Both the position numbers and the translations under genes were made by a program. From a virus (taxonomy: Duplodnaviria > Heunggongvirae > Uroviricota > Caudoviricetes), in the IMG/VR virus record IMGVR_UViG_3300001242_000012: a DNA stretch of 64,000 nt. One strand, given 5' to 3'. Positions within the stretch are counted from its first letter, which is position 1; each line of letters starts with the position of its first letter. This document shows positions 1 through 9,067 of this stretch, piece by piece. The notes under the pieces are model-generated. The model was given only the letters and a program-made list of their open reading frames with translations, was not told the DNA's origin and ran no database searches.

Positions 1-239
1 AACTTTAGCATTGCTCGGAGGAATGAATGGAGAGATGCTTACTCCCTGGATTAACATTGTCATCTCAATATCCTCTTTTTTGCAAAATGCAACAAGAGGA
101 GCCATTAGATGACTATTTGATTGGTCAATAGCCGGAAGAATATAACTTATGTCATCAAAGTTTATAACATCGTAGTTTTTCTTTGCTACGGCAAGCTTAG
201 TTATAGGCTTAACCGCTGTAGCATGAAGTTCTGTAGCCA

Positions 240-704
240 TTACTTACCTCCCTTAAACGGCAATACGCCGAATTCACATACGAAGGTTTCGCCTTCGATA
301 TAGCCAGTAGCTTTAGAAACTACCTCATTACTACCAGGGTTCTCGACGGCTACTATCCCGTCATCAAATGATACAAGAGATAATTCTTTAACCAATACTG
401 GTGCTTCAAGTCTGATAACAGCTCCTATAATTTCTAAGAGCTCCTTTGACTCTCTTGCCACAAAGTTATCAGACAATGCTAGAACTCCTTGTGCCGGTAG
501 TTTGGGGACAGCATCAAACTGAGCAAGCTTGTCTGTTATGTCAAACTTGACAGTTACTTCTGTTTTGTGAACAGAGTTTGAGAAACCACTGGCTGTAAGC
601 TTTTTAACGATAGTACGTAAATCTGCTTCAGTGGCATGAGGTATAACATAGTTATAACCCTCGACTCTTATGACCGTGACTACGCTGCCAGTTGAAAAAT
701 ACAT
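240..704 (-). CDS. hypothetical protein
   Basis: 154-aa intact ORF on the dominant coding strand; no recognisable motif. Confidence 0.45.
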   Translation of the reverse strand: MYFSTGSVVTVIRVEGYNYVIPHATEADLRTIVKKLTASGFSNSVHKTEVTVKFDITDKLAQFDAVPKLPAQGVLALSDNFVARESKELLEIIGAVIRLEAPVLVKELSLVSFDDGIVAVENPGSNEVVSKATGYIEGETFVCEFGVLPFKGGK

Positions 705-870
705 GTGTTTCCTCCTTTAATCTATTTCTTTTTTTAATAAGCTAGGTATTACTATTAATATTTGGTCAAGGAAAAAGAAAGCCAATAATGGCAATCCAGA
801 CTTTGTTACAACTACTGCAAGTAGTATTGTTATGCAATAAAGAAGTATTGTCGTTACTAACACAGTTGCT

Positions 871-1383
871 TTATCCATGATTGCTTACCTTAATGTTGTG
901 GATAATATCTGATCGGATAAGTTCCCAATCAAGATAATCAAGGGTAATATCTTCTACAGATTCTACACCATACATTCTGATGTATTTCTCATCATCATTA
1001 CTATAATCATTTAACTCGGCATCTGATTCTGGGTTAATTATATTACCGAATCTCGGCGTATAACCTTTAAGGCTGACACCATCATAATATATGATTGAGA
1101 ATACTGGAGCATATTCACCATTGGATATGAATCCTAAGAAGGACAATTCGTTATCTAGTGTCTTATATCCTATTAGGACACCATTAGAGTTAGTAAAATC
1201 ATCTGGATTAAATCCTGCTGTAGCAGGCTCTTCATCAAATTGGACATTGAAGATAACACCATGAGTTCTTAACTCATAGATCATATCTCCCATATCAATA
1301 AGATCATAGTCATCGACAAGATTTTTGATTATATCTTTTAGTCTTTCAAGAGATATCTTTGCTGCTGTTCTCAAGTTTATCAC
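871..1383 (-). CDS. hypothetical protein
   Basis: 170-aa ORF; 4-nt overlap with the downstream gene is typical of operon packing. Confidence 0.45.
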   Translation of the reverse strand: MINLRTAAKISLERLKDIIKNLVDDYDLIDMGDMIYELRTHGVIFNVQFDEEPATAGFNPDDFTNSNGVLIGYKTLDNELSFLGFISNGEYAPVFSIIYYDGVSLKGYTPRFGNIINPESDAELNDYSNDDEKYIRMYGVESVEDITLDYLDWELIRSDIIHNIKVSNHG

Positions 1384-1661
1384 CTCACTTCATAACCATA
1401 ACTTACCTTAGTTATAGAAGATCTTTTTAAGCCTGGGTAGAACATTATAAGTTCATCATAGATATTATTAACATCCCAATTATCTGGTATGGCTAATATA
1501 TACTCATGCAGATTAAAGCATATTTTGACATAGACAACATTACGTATCTCATTCCCACAATACGGACAGAATTTATAGTCGATATTATTGATTGTTATAG
1601 GTCTCTTACAATTATTACATTCCATATAATACCTCCTATAATATATGGGAAGAGGAATCAC
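1380..1661 (-). CDS. small zinc-ribbon protein
   Basis: CNNC...(16 aa)...CPYC double CxxC pairs; ATGA overlaps on both sides. Confidence 0.45.
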   Translation of the reverse strand: MIPLPIYYRRYYMECNNCKRPITINNIDYKFCPYCGNEIRNVVYVKICFNLHEYILAIPDNWDVNNIYDELIMFYPGLKRSSITKVSYGYEVR

Positions 1662-3040
1662 TTCCTCTTCCTTTTCTGCTTTGTGAGTTTGTCAATAATG
1701 TTTCCGGTAAGACTAGATATTATGGCTTTCTCTTGATCAGTCTTCTCAACAATCTGGTCTGATAATTCTGTCTTAGAATATAGGACTTGTAATATTCGCT
1801 CATCTATGCTGTCTTGTGATATAAGGTTAACTACATTGACAGTCTTAAATTCTGAGCCAATTCTACGTATCCTACCAATTCTTTGCTTCAATGTAGCTGG
1901 ATTCCATGGAAGATCGTAATTTACCAATACTGATGCTATTTGAAGATTAATTCCTGCGTTCCCAGCGTCAGTAGAGACAAAGAACTTCACATCTTTATCA
2001 AACCTAAATCTGTCTATAGCAGCTTGTCTTTCATATGGTTTCATTTTACCATTGAGTACCCTACACCCACCTAGTTTACTAAGTCTTTCAACTATAAGTC
2101 TCTGCATACGCTCAAATTGAGTAAATATGACGGCTTTTAAATCTGGATTATCTTCCAGTTTAAGTTGCATAAGTTCATATAACTCATCTAGCTTAGGAGA
2201 CTTTGTGGATTTAATAGCAAATTTAGACGCCATCCGTGATGTACTCATAGACAGTAGTTGTGGAGAATCACTTACTTCAGTAAGCATTGTGAACATACCA
2301 AGTAGCTGACCTTCTTTAGGATGCGGCTCGTCCTTATCCCATGATTTCATCTCTTCCATGATATCACGTATGACAAGACGTATATCCTCATGTAGGGCTG
2401 CTTGTTCTTTTGTCATAGGGATTGTGAAATTATTAATTAACACAGACGGAAGTTCAGGAGCTACTTCATCAACAAGTCTACGCAGTATATATAGAGAGAT
2501 CCTTCCACGTAATTCATTGAGGTTTTTATATCCCAATATAATGCCACGTCTTCCAAATTTCGTTCCCATGACTATATATCTGTTTCTGAATGATGTCCAA
2601 CTTCCTAATATTTCAGGGTTCATAAATGAGAACAAGCTATACAATTCATCAGGACGGTTCTGCATTGGTGTTCCAGTTAGTAGCCATTTATACTTAGCAT
2701 CCAACTGCATAATCTGTTTAGTTGTTATCGCATCCTTGTTCTTTATCTTATGTGCTTCATCAAGGATTATAACATCTGCATCTAATGCTCTTAATCTGTC
2801 TAAGTCCATATCCTGACGCACTAACTCATAGTTTATTACTGTGAAGATGCTATCGTTCTCTTTATAGATTTTAACTCTATCTCCGAGGTCTCCATCAATT
2901 ACTGTAACACTATAGTTAGTAAACTTTCCAATCTCATCTTCCCACTGATACTTTAGTGATGCAGGGCAAATTACCAATATTCTCTTGGCTAAACCATTAC
3001 AAATAAGATAATCCGCAGCACCTATGGATTGTGGAGTTTT
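1658..3040 (-). CDS. SNF2/Rad54-family helicase, exon 2 (starts in Walker A at ...KT)
   Basis: Frame is open from 3064. Motifs KTPQSIGAADYLI...ILVICPASL, DEAHKIKN (DEAH box), LLTGTPMQNRPDELYSLFSFM (SNF2 motif III), plus a C-terminal helicase domain. The ORF-track start at 2977 is only an internal TTG. Confidence 0.8.
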   Translation of the reverse strand, partial: KTPQSIGAADYLICNGLAKRILVICPASLKYQWEDEIGKFTNYSVTVIDGDLGDRVKIYKENDSIFTVINYELVRQDMDLDRLRALDADVIILDEAHKIKNKDAITTKQIMQLDAKYKWLLTGTPMQNRPDELYSLFSFMNPEILGSWTSFRNRYIVMGTKFGRRGIILGYKNLNELRGRISLYILRRLVDEVAPELPSVLINNFTIPMTKEQAALHEDIRLVIRDIMEEMKSWDKDEPHPKEGQLLGMFTMLTEVSDSPQLLSMSTSRMASKFAIKSTKSPKLDELYELMQLKLEDNPDLKAVIFTQFERMQRLIVERLSKLGGCRVLNGKMKPYERQAAIDRFRFDKDVKFFVSTDAGNAGINLQIASVLVNYDLPWNPATLKQRIGRIRRIGSEFKTVNVVNLISQDSIDERILQVLYSKTELSDQIVEKTDQEKAIISSLTGNIIDKLTKQKRKRK

Positions 3041-3604
3041 CAGTTTTGTTATCGTAGTGGCTTTTTATCCTCTACTTCTGGAGCTTCTTGTTCGCTCCTG
3101 GTGGCTACCACCAGAGCCCATGTAAACTCATGGGAGCTCAGCATAACTTTTTACCATATCATTAAGTGTCTGCTATTCTCGCTTCATCCTCAGCATTATC
3201 TGGTAGGAGCTATATTGGAGATACAATATAGTTTATTAATTTTCATATAGATTCACTACGTCTATACCGTCATTGTGCCATATTTAACTATGTTACTCAT
3301 GGCATCGAGACTGCTGCATCTTGGACTCAATGCAGTTCCATTCATCCTTTGCCAATAGTTTGCAAAGTGGCATTATTCACAGACACAAACTAATTCGCTG
3401 ACTTAGGTAGGGCGGCCTCGTGGACAGATTATCTCACTGTCTATGCGTTGCCCCTGACTAGCTCGGTATAGAGCTATTAACTATGTCACCATAGTCAAGT
3501 AAGTTTCCACTTACGCCTTCGGTTCTGATTAGCATTCTCAGCTTCCCAGCTTAATTCCGCCTCTAGTACTCCTAAGACTTTCATCTTAGGACGGCTCCGA
3601 CCGA
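3041..3604 (-). ncRNA. putative self-splicing intron (group I-like), ORF-less, interrupting the SNF2 Walker A motif
   Basis: Exon 1 ends ...DEMGLG at a U (GGT). The next in-frame codons of exon 2 are AAA ACT (KT). The intervening 564 nt ends in G (omega-G rule) and carries stops in all frames. A P7-like GACAG...CTGTC pairing sits next to an S-element-like GAGATAATCTGTCC. Confidence 0.5.
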
Positions 3605-3961
3605 ACCTAAACCCATTTCATCGCCTAGGAGACCTTTCTTAATATGTACTAAGAAAGAAGCTCCTACTAGCTGGAATGGGTATAAAGCTAGCTTAAGATT
3701 GACATCAATAATTTTTATTGGAGGTGTTTCGGGCTTACTGGGCTCCTTTACTATCTCTTCATATGGAACTTCCCAAGTAAGCTCATCTCCAAAGACTTCG
3801 AGTAACAACCCTGCTTGATTTACAGGGACAAGCCATATACCATCTCGATACTTTCTACCGGGGATGGCTTTTACTGTTTCAATTATATCATAAAAAATCC
3901 TTCCTGATAACCCAGAAATCCTGAGCTCAAGAACATTGCCATTTGGCATCACACGTATCAA
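3605..3961 (-). CDS. SNF2/Rad54-family helicase, exon 1 (N-terminus to ...DEMGLG)
   Basis: LYPFQLVGASFL (SNF2 Q-motif LRPYQ..G..WL analogue) and GLLGDEMGLG, which is the first half of Walker A. The ORF then runs into intron sequence and stops. Confidence 0.75.
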
Positions 3962-4016
3962 TTAGATATCCCCTATTGAATTTTCTCATTACTTCCAGTA
4001 TTAGTTACTAAATCTT

Positions 4017-4877
4017 TTAGCCAGCGGCAGCAGCTTGCTTCTTAATGTATCTTAAGTTCAACTGATCCTTGGTATTGCGTTTTGGATCAAAGCCATTGTT
4101 CTTTACATTGAATGTAACTGCATTGACCCTTAATCCACCCATTTCCTTGTTGTTAAGCAAAACATTGCAGAAGTTGAATATCAACATTGCTGCTGTTGAG
4201 TTAGTTGCCATAGACTGAGGATGGCTAATAGCCCGCTCAGCACAGCTTAATTCTGTGGTAAACTTCGTATTGGTATCATTCATAACATCATGGAAGACAT
4301 CAGTGACACAAGGCATGTAGAATGAATGTGGTTTATTATTACCTTCCTGAAGTGTTCCCTTATGGTTTACTCCCAATACTACCTGGCCATTGTAAAGTTC
4401 GTTGCCGCTGTCAAGATATACCATATTTCTCTCACCGGAATAGAACAGATCGGCTATCAACTGCCTGGTCTTATTATTATCAACTGCACCGATAATTATC
4501 GGATAACAGTTCTTATGTAGATCCATAAGCATCTTCAATGCTGCTTTGGTCTCTACATAAGCATCATGAGCGTTGATTGGTGTTCCGAAGGCATTTGAAT
4601 AACGGGCAGCAAGCACCATAGCCTTACTTTTATTCAGGTCTGGCATAATGAAGTTTTGCCGAGTTAAGTTTTTCTCCTCAACTTTATCCGGATCAGCAAG
4701 AGTTATCATATGCTTTTGGCCTTCCTTACGGGTGTAATTCTTAATACTAATCTGTCTTACAAGATTGGGTACCAAGAATCCACCAGTGCCACCATTACCT
4801 ATGATTATGTAATGATGCGGTGCGTTATTGGTCACCGCATCAAAATCAAGTGCGTAAGTCTTTTCAAGTATAGACAT
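4017..4877 (-). CDS. E1-like ThiF/MoeB-family adenylyltransferase
   Basis: Rossmann motif IIIGNGGTGG and the E1 signature ADPDKVEEKNLTRQ, which matches D.D.VE.SNLNRQ. Confidence 0.7.
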   Translation of the reverse strand: MSILEKTYALDFDAVTNNAPHHYIIIGNGGTGGFLVPNLVRQISIKNYTRKEGQKHMITLADPDKVEEKNLTRQNFIMPDLNKSKAMVLAARYSNAFGTPINAHDAYVETKAALKMLMDLHKNCYPIIIGAVDNNKTRQLIADLFYSGERNMVYLDSGNELYNGQVVLGVNHKGTLQEGNNKPHSFYMPCVTDVFHDVMNDTNTKFTTELSCAERAISHPQSMATNSTAAMLIFNFCNVLLNNKEMGGLRVNAVTFNVKNNGFDPKRNTKDQLNLRYIKKQAAAAG

Positions 4878-4890
4878 AATTACCTCCTTA

Positions 4891-6318
4891 CTATTTTAAG
4901 TGCACATTCTTACAATCTTCGATTGTACAATCGCAACAACGATACTGTAATGTGCATGACATACAAAAGGTGTAATGTGGACAATCCGGTCCATCACAGC
5001 TTTCGACAGTTTTTGCAGCCTCAAGATTTTTCTTAGCTGCAAAATCTAAAATAGGCTGACATTCTTTAATTCTATCACATTCGCAACACTTACCGCTGCA
5101 TACTTCACACAGGCTTGCGAGCTCACAGGTGTAACAATTTTCAAGATCTTGTTGAGGCTTAAACATATTCGGATTTTCGTTGATATACTTAATGCCTTTT
5201 TCAACTGGACTCACTACATCTCTCCCAGAGAACATTGCTGTCAATATCAACTGGGAGAGAGATATATCGTCAAAGTTTTTCACAACAAAATCAATGATAT
5301 TCTTTACTCGACTCTGATTGGGCACATCCGCTCTGTGTTCGGGTCCAGACAATACATTTGTTTGCAGTCTGTGCACGTCTGCTCCGTCAGTTTTTTTTTC
5401 CGAATTTGTTTCTGCGTCTGTCCCGGCCCCGTGAAAATACCATTTTTTTTGAGGAATGGCTTCAGTAGTTGCGCCAGCACCAAAAGTAGTTACTTTACCG
5501 TTATTACCATAGGTTAGATAATCTCTTCCACCTTGCCAACCAACTACTGTGGGCTTTTTTAGCTTCGTCATCCACTCTTCCGGGAAGCTAACTTTCGGGA
5601 ATATACCCATTACCTCAGGTACCTGAAGTAAATACTTTTGGTTAGCTACATTCATAGCAATCTCAGGTTTCTCTACGATTTCCCATATGGGGATATTAAC
5701 TTGCTGACCAGCACACGCATAACGTGTGAGGTAAGTTGGGCTAGTAGTGATAGTACCAAATACCATGTAGCACTGAGCTGCATTTTCATTGGCATTGTCA
5801 GTACCAGACCAGAAAGCTCCCATAGTATGATGGCTGTGGATTTCCATTACAGGAACTTTATCAAGGCGTAAGCGATTTACTTCCGGATCTTCATGGAACT
5901 CTGAAAGTCCACCAGAGTTTTTCTGTTCAGGGATGTAAATGAAATGCTCTTTTGTGTCCTGATCCCAGAAGATTAGAGCAGACGCTTCGGTTTTGTCCTT
6001 CTCATGAACAGCTATAAAGAAGTTCAGGATCTGGCAAATCATATGAAACGGAATCTTAGGAATGGACAGATTCAAGCCTAACTTAAGTTTTTGTAAGCCG
6101 GGAACAGTCTCCGGTATCATTACAAAGTCACCCATTCCAGTGTGCCGTACCATCTTTGTACCATCCGCAGTCATGATGTAGTTAACAGCCTTGGTAAGAC
6201 CTTCTGCAGGAACATCAATAAGATAATCAGCAGCTTGTCTGATTAATGCAGCCTTACTTGCAGCCTTTTGTGCTTCTTTCTCTCTAACCTGAGCTTCCAG
6301 CTCATCTTTTAATGACAT
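4891..6318 (-). CDS. JAB/JAMM (MPN+) metallopeptidase with Cys-rich C-terminal zinc-binding region
   Basis: An upstream Glu (TKEHFIYIPEQ) followed by MEIHSHHTMGAFWSGTD, i.e. H-x-H-x7-S-xx-D. The C-terminal ~90 aa carry more than 20 Cys in CxxC-like clusters. Confidence 0.75.
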   Translation of the reverse strand: MSLKDELEAQVREKEAQKAASKAALIRQAADYLIDVPAEGLTKAVNYIMTADGTKMVRHTGMGDFVMIPETVPGLQKLKLGLNLSIPKIPFHMICQILNFFIAVHEKDKTEASALIFWDQDTKEHFIYIPEQKNSGGLSEFHEDPEVNRLRLDKVPVMEIHSHHTMGAFWSGTDNANENAAQCYMVFGTITTSPTYLTRYACAGQQVNIPIWEIVEKPEIAMNVANQKYLLQVPEVMGIFPKVSFPEEWMTKLKKPTVVGWQGGRDYLTYGNNGKVTTFGAGATTEAIPQKKWYFHGAGTDAETNSEKKTDGADVHRLQTNVLSGPEHRADVPNQSRVKNIIDFVVKNFDDISLSQLILTAMFSGRDVVSPVEKGIKYINENPNMFKPQQDLENCYTCELASLCEVCSGKCCECDRIKECQPILDFAAKKNLEAAKTVESCDGPDCPHYTFCMSCTLQYRCCDCTIEDCKNVHLK

Positions 6319-7037
6319 TATCTCAATTCTCCTTCCAAATTTTGAATTATGCTTGCTACAGACCTTAACGGTTTAAGGATTTCATACGGGAATGTAGCAA
6401 CACCATCAAGATGTTTAATTAGGCTATGAACCCTGTCAACCCTTACTGTCCTGCCATTAGGTGTTTGCACAGCCAACGGATAGAAGTTACTGTTCTCAAG
6501 GTGCGCATTAAAATTTGAGCTAAAGAATTGCTCAACGAACCCAGATATACCGGCAAGATTCCTCCATTGTTTTGCTGTGCTATGTCCACCCCAACATATA
6601 TTAGCATCGTCCTGAACATTGGTGAATGGGAAGCGACACAATGTATCTGTTGTAATGAGTATTGGACCCTTAGCAGCATATACATGGCTTAATCTTAACA
6701 TATATTCTCCATTTTGATGTTGATTAAGAATAAATATAAATACACAGCTAGGTACAAGCACATTCTTGTAAACTCCTACAGAGCCTTCATCCTGATAACT
6801 AATACGCCTTCTAGTTTCAGGTATCTGATATACTATCAAAGTGCTAGCGTTTTTCTTAATCATCCTCACAACTCCGTGAGGAGAAGGCATGATACCTGTA
6901 TCATGCCGAAAGTCATTGGCAACTGCTTGAGCAAGGCCATCCGGTGAAATTTGCCTTGTTTTAGAAATCCCATTTTCATCATGTTCAATTAATCTCACGC
7001 TATCTGCGTGAATCTCTAATACAGCCCGTGGTTTCAT
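6318..7037 (-). CDS. candidate E2-like (UBC-fold) protein
   Basis: RFPFTNVQDDANICWGG resembles the E2 HPN...ICL catalytic region. It sits between the JAB and E1 genes. Assignment is weak. Confidence 0.3.
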   Translation of the reverse strand: MKPRAVLEIHADSVRLIEHDENGISKTRQISPDGLAQAVANDFRHDTGIMPSPHGVVRMIKKNASTLIVYQIPETRRRISYQDEGSVGVYKNVLVPSCVFIFILNQHQNGEYMLRLSHVYAAKGPILITTDTLCRFPFTNVQDDANICWGGHSTAKQWRNLAGISGFVEQFFSSNFNAHLENSNFYPLAVQTPNGRTVRVDRVHSLIKHLDGVATFPYEILKPLRSVASIIQNLEGELR

Positions 7038-8221
7038 TAGCTTTCCTCCCCTACATCTGCTATTACGGATGGATTTTCATAAACCATTACCTTCGTTATA
7101 TCAAAACCTAATCCAGTCATGTTTATGAGTTCCACAGCAGACTCATAGTTCTTAAACGGGAACTCCCTTTTCTTTTCATCAACTACTACAAAGCTCCCGT
7201 TCTTCTTGTAGTAAAATCCTGGTTCATTGTTCTTCACTTCATTTTCGTAAAGGTTTTTGAGTGGCATCCAATGTTCTTCGTTGAAGTTACAGTGGAGTTT
7301 ACTATTAGTTTTTACAACAGTATCATGTCGTGGATCAGGCTCGGTTAATATAATTTCAATCCTATCCACTCCAAGGTGTTGACGATAACCTGCCGGAATA
7401 TCAAGCTCTACTTCAGGAGGATAGATATAATAATCTCTATTCCTTAGATTGGGGCCAGTTTTTACTATGATTCTAACGGTGTCTCCTATTTGCACCCATT
7501 TCCTGATTGTTGATAATCTGGTATCTGCTGTAGCAGTTTTGCCAGTATTCTTTGCTAACACTTGGTTCAATCTTTCTTGCATTGTCATAGTTTTAGTGCT
7601 AAGTTGATCTATAAGTGAGTTTATCAACGTTTTTGGTTCAGGAGTCGGGATAGGTTGAATCCTAACAGCTTCAACTATTTGTGTCTTCTTGCGTTCAGCT
7701 ATTTCACGCTGCATTTTTTGCAATTCAGCAAGCTTATCTTTCTTCTTTTGTATGAACGCTTGGATGTCACCGCTTAATTCGTCATGACATTGCTTAAGTT
7801 TGTCTAGCACAACACCCATATTCATAACTCCTGCCAATGAGTTGGATAAGACGCGCTGATGACGAAGATACATAGAGTCTAAGTCCAATGGGATATAAAT
7901 GTATCTCTTCCCATTGCGGATTCTTGTATCATGGAATCCACTTATAGCTATGTTTAGCTCCAATAGAACATGTGCAATTCTTGGTGATGGGAACTTATAA
8001 ATATGAATAGAGTCCTCCAACATCTTAATCATGTCAAAGATTTCTCCTTCAAATCTTATAGAGAAATCATTGTCATTTTGACGGACATAACATCCTGGTA
8101 TTAATGATATGATTAATTCCTTACTTAGCTTTTTGATAAGTGTACTGAATTCTGCGATATCAATTGGAATTTCAATATTCTCAGCAAACTTCTCAATACC
8201 TTTCTGTCTGCCAATTTTCAC
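7037..8221 (-). CDS. hypothetical protein (394 aa) inside the Ubl-system operon
   Basis: Intact ORF; the central coiled-coil-like K/E/Q-rich segment has no catalytic motif. Confidence 0.5.
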   Translation of the reverse strand: MKIGRQKGIEKFAENIEIPIDIAEFSTLIKKLSKELIISLIPGCYVRQNDNDFSIRFEGEIFDMIKMLEDSIHIYKFPSPRIAHVLLELNIAISGFHDTRIRNGKRYIYIPLDLDSMYLRHQRVLSNSLAGVMNMGVVLDKLKQCHDELSGDIQAFIQKKKDKLAELQKMQREIAERKKTQIVEAVRIQPIPTPEPKTLINSLIDQLSTKTMTMQERLNQVLAKNTGKTATADTRLSTIRKWVQIGDTVRIIVKTGPNLRNRDYYIYPPEVELDIPAGYRQHLGVDRIEIILTEPDPRHDTVVKTNSKLHCNFNEEHWMPLKNLYENEVKNNEPGFYYKKNGSFVVVDEKKREFPFKNYESAVELINMTGLGFDITKVMVYENPSVIADVGEES

Positions 8222-8284
8222 AAGTTCTATGAAGTCAGCACGACGTAGGATTTCTACAGAAGTATTAATTTCTGTTCCTCCTTT

Positions 8285-8542
8285 CTATATATAGTCTGAG
8301 CTTGCCACAATAGCAGGGATTCTTTTGATCTTTTCGACAAGTTCTGATATTTGATTTATGACTACAGGCTGTCGGTTTACTACTTCTTTATGAGCTTTGA
8401 GTATGTCGTCTAAGGGCACTTTCATTAAATCATTGGCATTTGTAGCATTAATTACTTTATCAACTACTATCCTTACCTCAATAGGTAAATAATCGTAGTT
8501 GGGCAGATGAAGTAAGTTTTTAGCTAAGTTTTCAGTTGACAT
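8285..8542 (-). CDS. hypothetical protein (85 aa)
   Basis: Intact small ORF between the Ubl-like gene and the 394-aa gene. Confidence 0.4.
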   Translation of the reverse strand: MSTENLAKNLLHLPNYDYLPIEVRIVVDKVINATNANDLMKVPLDDILKAHKEVVNRQPVVINQISELVEKIKRIPAIVASSDYI

Positions 8543-8603
8543 ATAAACACCACCGTAACATATTTACCTGTTAATGGTGGGCAAAAGCCCACCATAACTA
8601 GAC

Positions 8604-8984
8604 TTAACCACGCAGCTTAGCGATGGCTTGCAAGAAGCGAGAGAAGAGACCTTTGGTACCAGCTTTAACTTCAAACTTAACAATCTCGCCTTCTTGGGTT
8701 GGAGTAGCATTTTGAAGTTCAGGGAAGATCTCAGCCATGGATTCCTTGATCTGAGCCAGGGTCATTGTGTCATCCTCAATAACGAGGTTGTTGCCTGCGT
8801 ATTGAACTGTACGAGTACCTTTGGTACCAGCCTTAACCTCGAATTTGATGATCTCGCCTTCTTGGGTTGGAGTAGCATTTTGCAGCTCCGGAAAAATTTC
8901 AGCCATAGACTCTTTAATTTGAGCCAGGGACATAGTGTCATCTTCGATTACCAAATTGTTACCTGCATACTGAACTGTTCTCAC
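8604..8984 (-). CDS. tandem-duplicated small beta-grasp/ubiquitin-like candidate (2 x ~56 aa)
   Basis: Two near-identical repeats of TRTVQYAGNNLVIEDDTM(S/T)LAQIKESMAEIFPELQNATPTQEGEI(I/V)KFEVKAGTKG. The DNA copies differ at many synonymous sites. Genomic context is E1/E2/JAB. Confidence 0.45.
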   Translation of the reverse strand: MRTVQYAGNNLVIEDDTMSLAQIKESMAEIFPELQNATPTQEGEIIKFEVKAGTKGTRTVQYAGNNLVIEDDTMTLAQIKESMAEIFPELQNATPTQEGEIVKFEVKAGTKGLFSRFLQAIAKLRG

Positions 8985-9067
8985 TTAAACATTCCTCCAA
9001 ATTTTTAAATTAGCTGGTTCCCACCTTCCAGCTTTATCCCGACCATTGCGGTCCTACCTCTGCTTTA

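Noticed and set aside
2358-2816. Plus-strand ORFs of 60-170 aa inside the minus-strand gene block, e.g. 2358..2816, 8628..9008, 42731..43240, 52187..52516
   Set aside because: They lie antisense to long ORFs that have recognisable domains, and they have low-complexity S/L/I-rich translations with no RBS. These are shadow ORFs.
3029-3250. 73-aa plus-strand ORF inside the intron as a possible homing endonuclease
   Set aside because: It is on the wrong strand and has no LAGLIDADG, GIY-YIG, HNH or His-Cys box motifs. The intron looks ORF-less.
3041-3604. Group II intron or intein as explanations for the split SNF2 gene
   Set aside because: The interruption lacks GUGYG...AY boundaries and is too short for a group II intron. 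It carries stop codons in frame, so it is not an intein.
8604-8984. CRISPR array or other non-coding tandem repeat
   Set aside because: There are only two ~168-bp copies, both inside an intact ORF, with protein-level conservation. There is no repeat-spacer periodicity, and no cas genes appear in the window.
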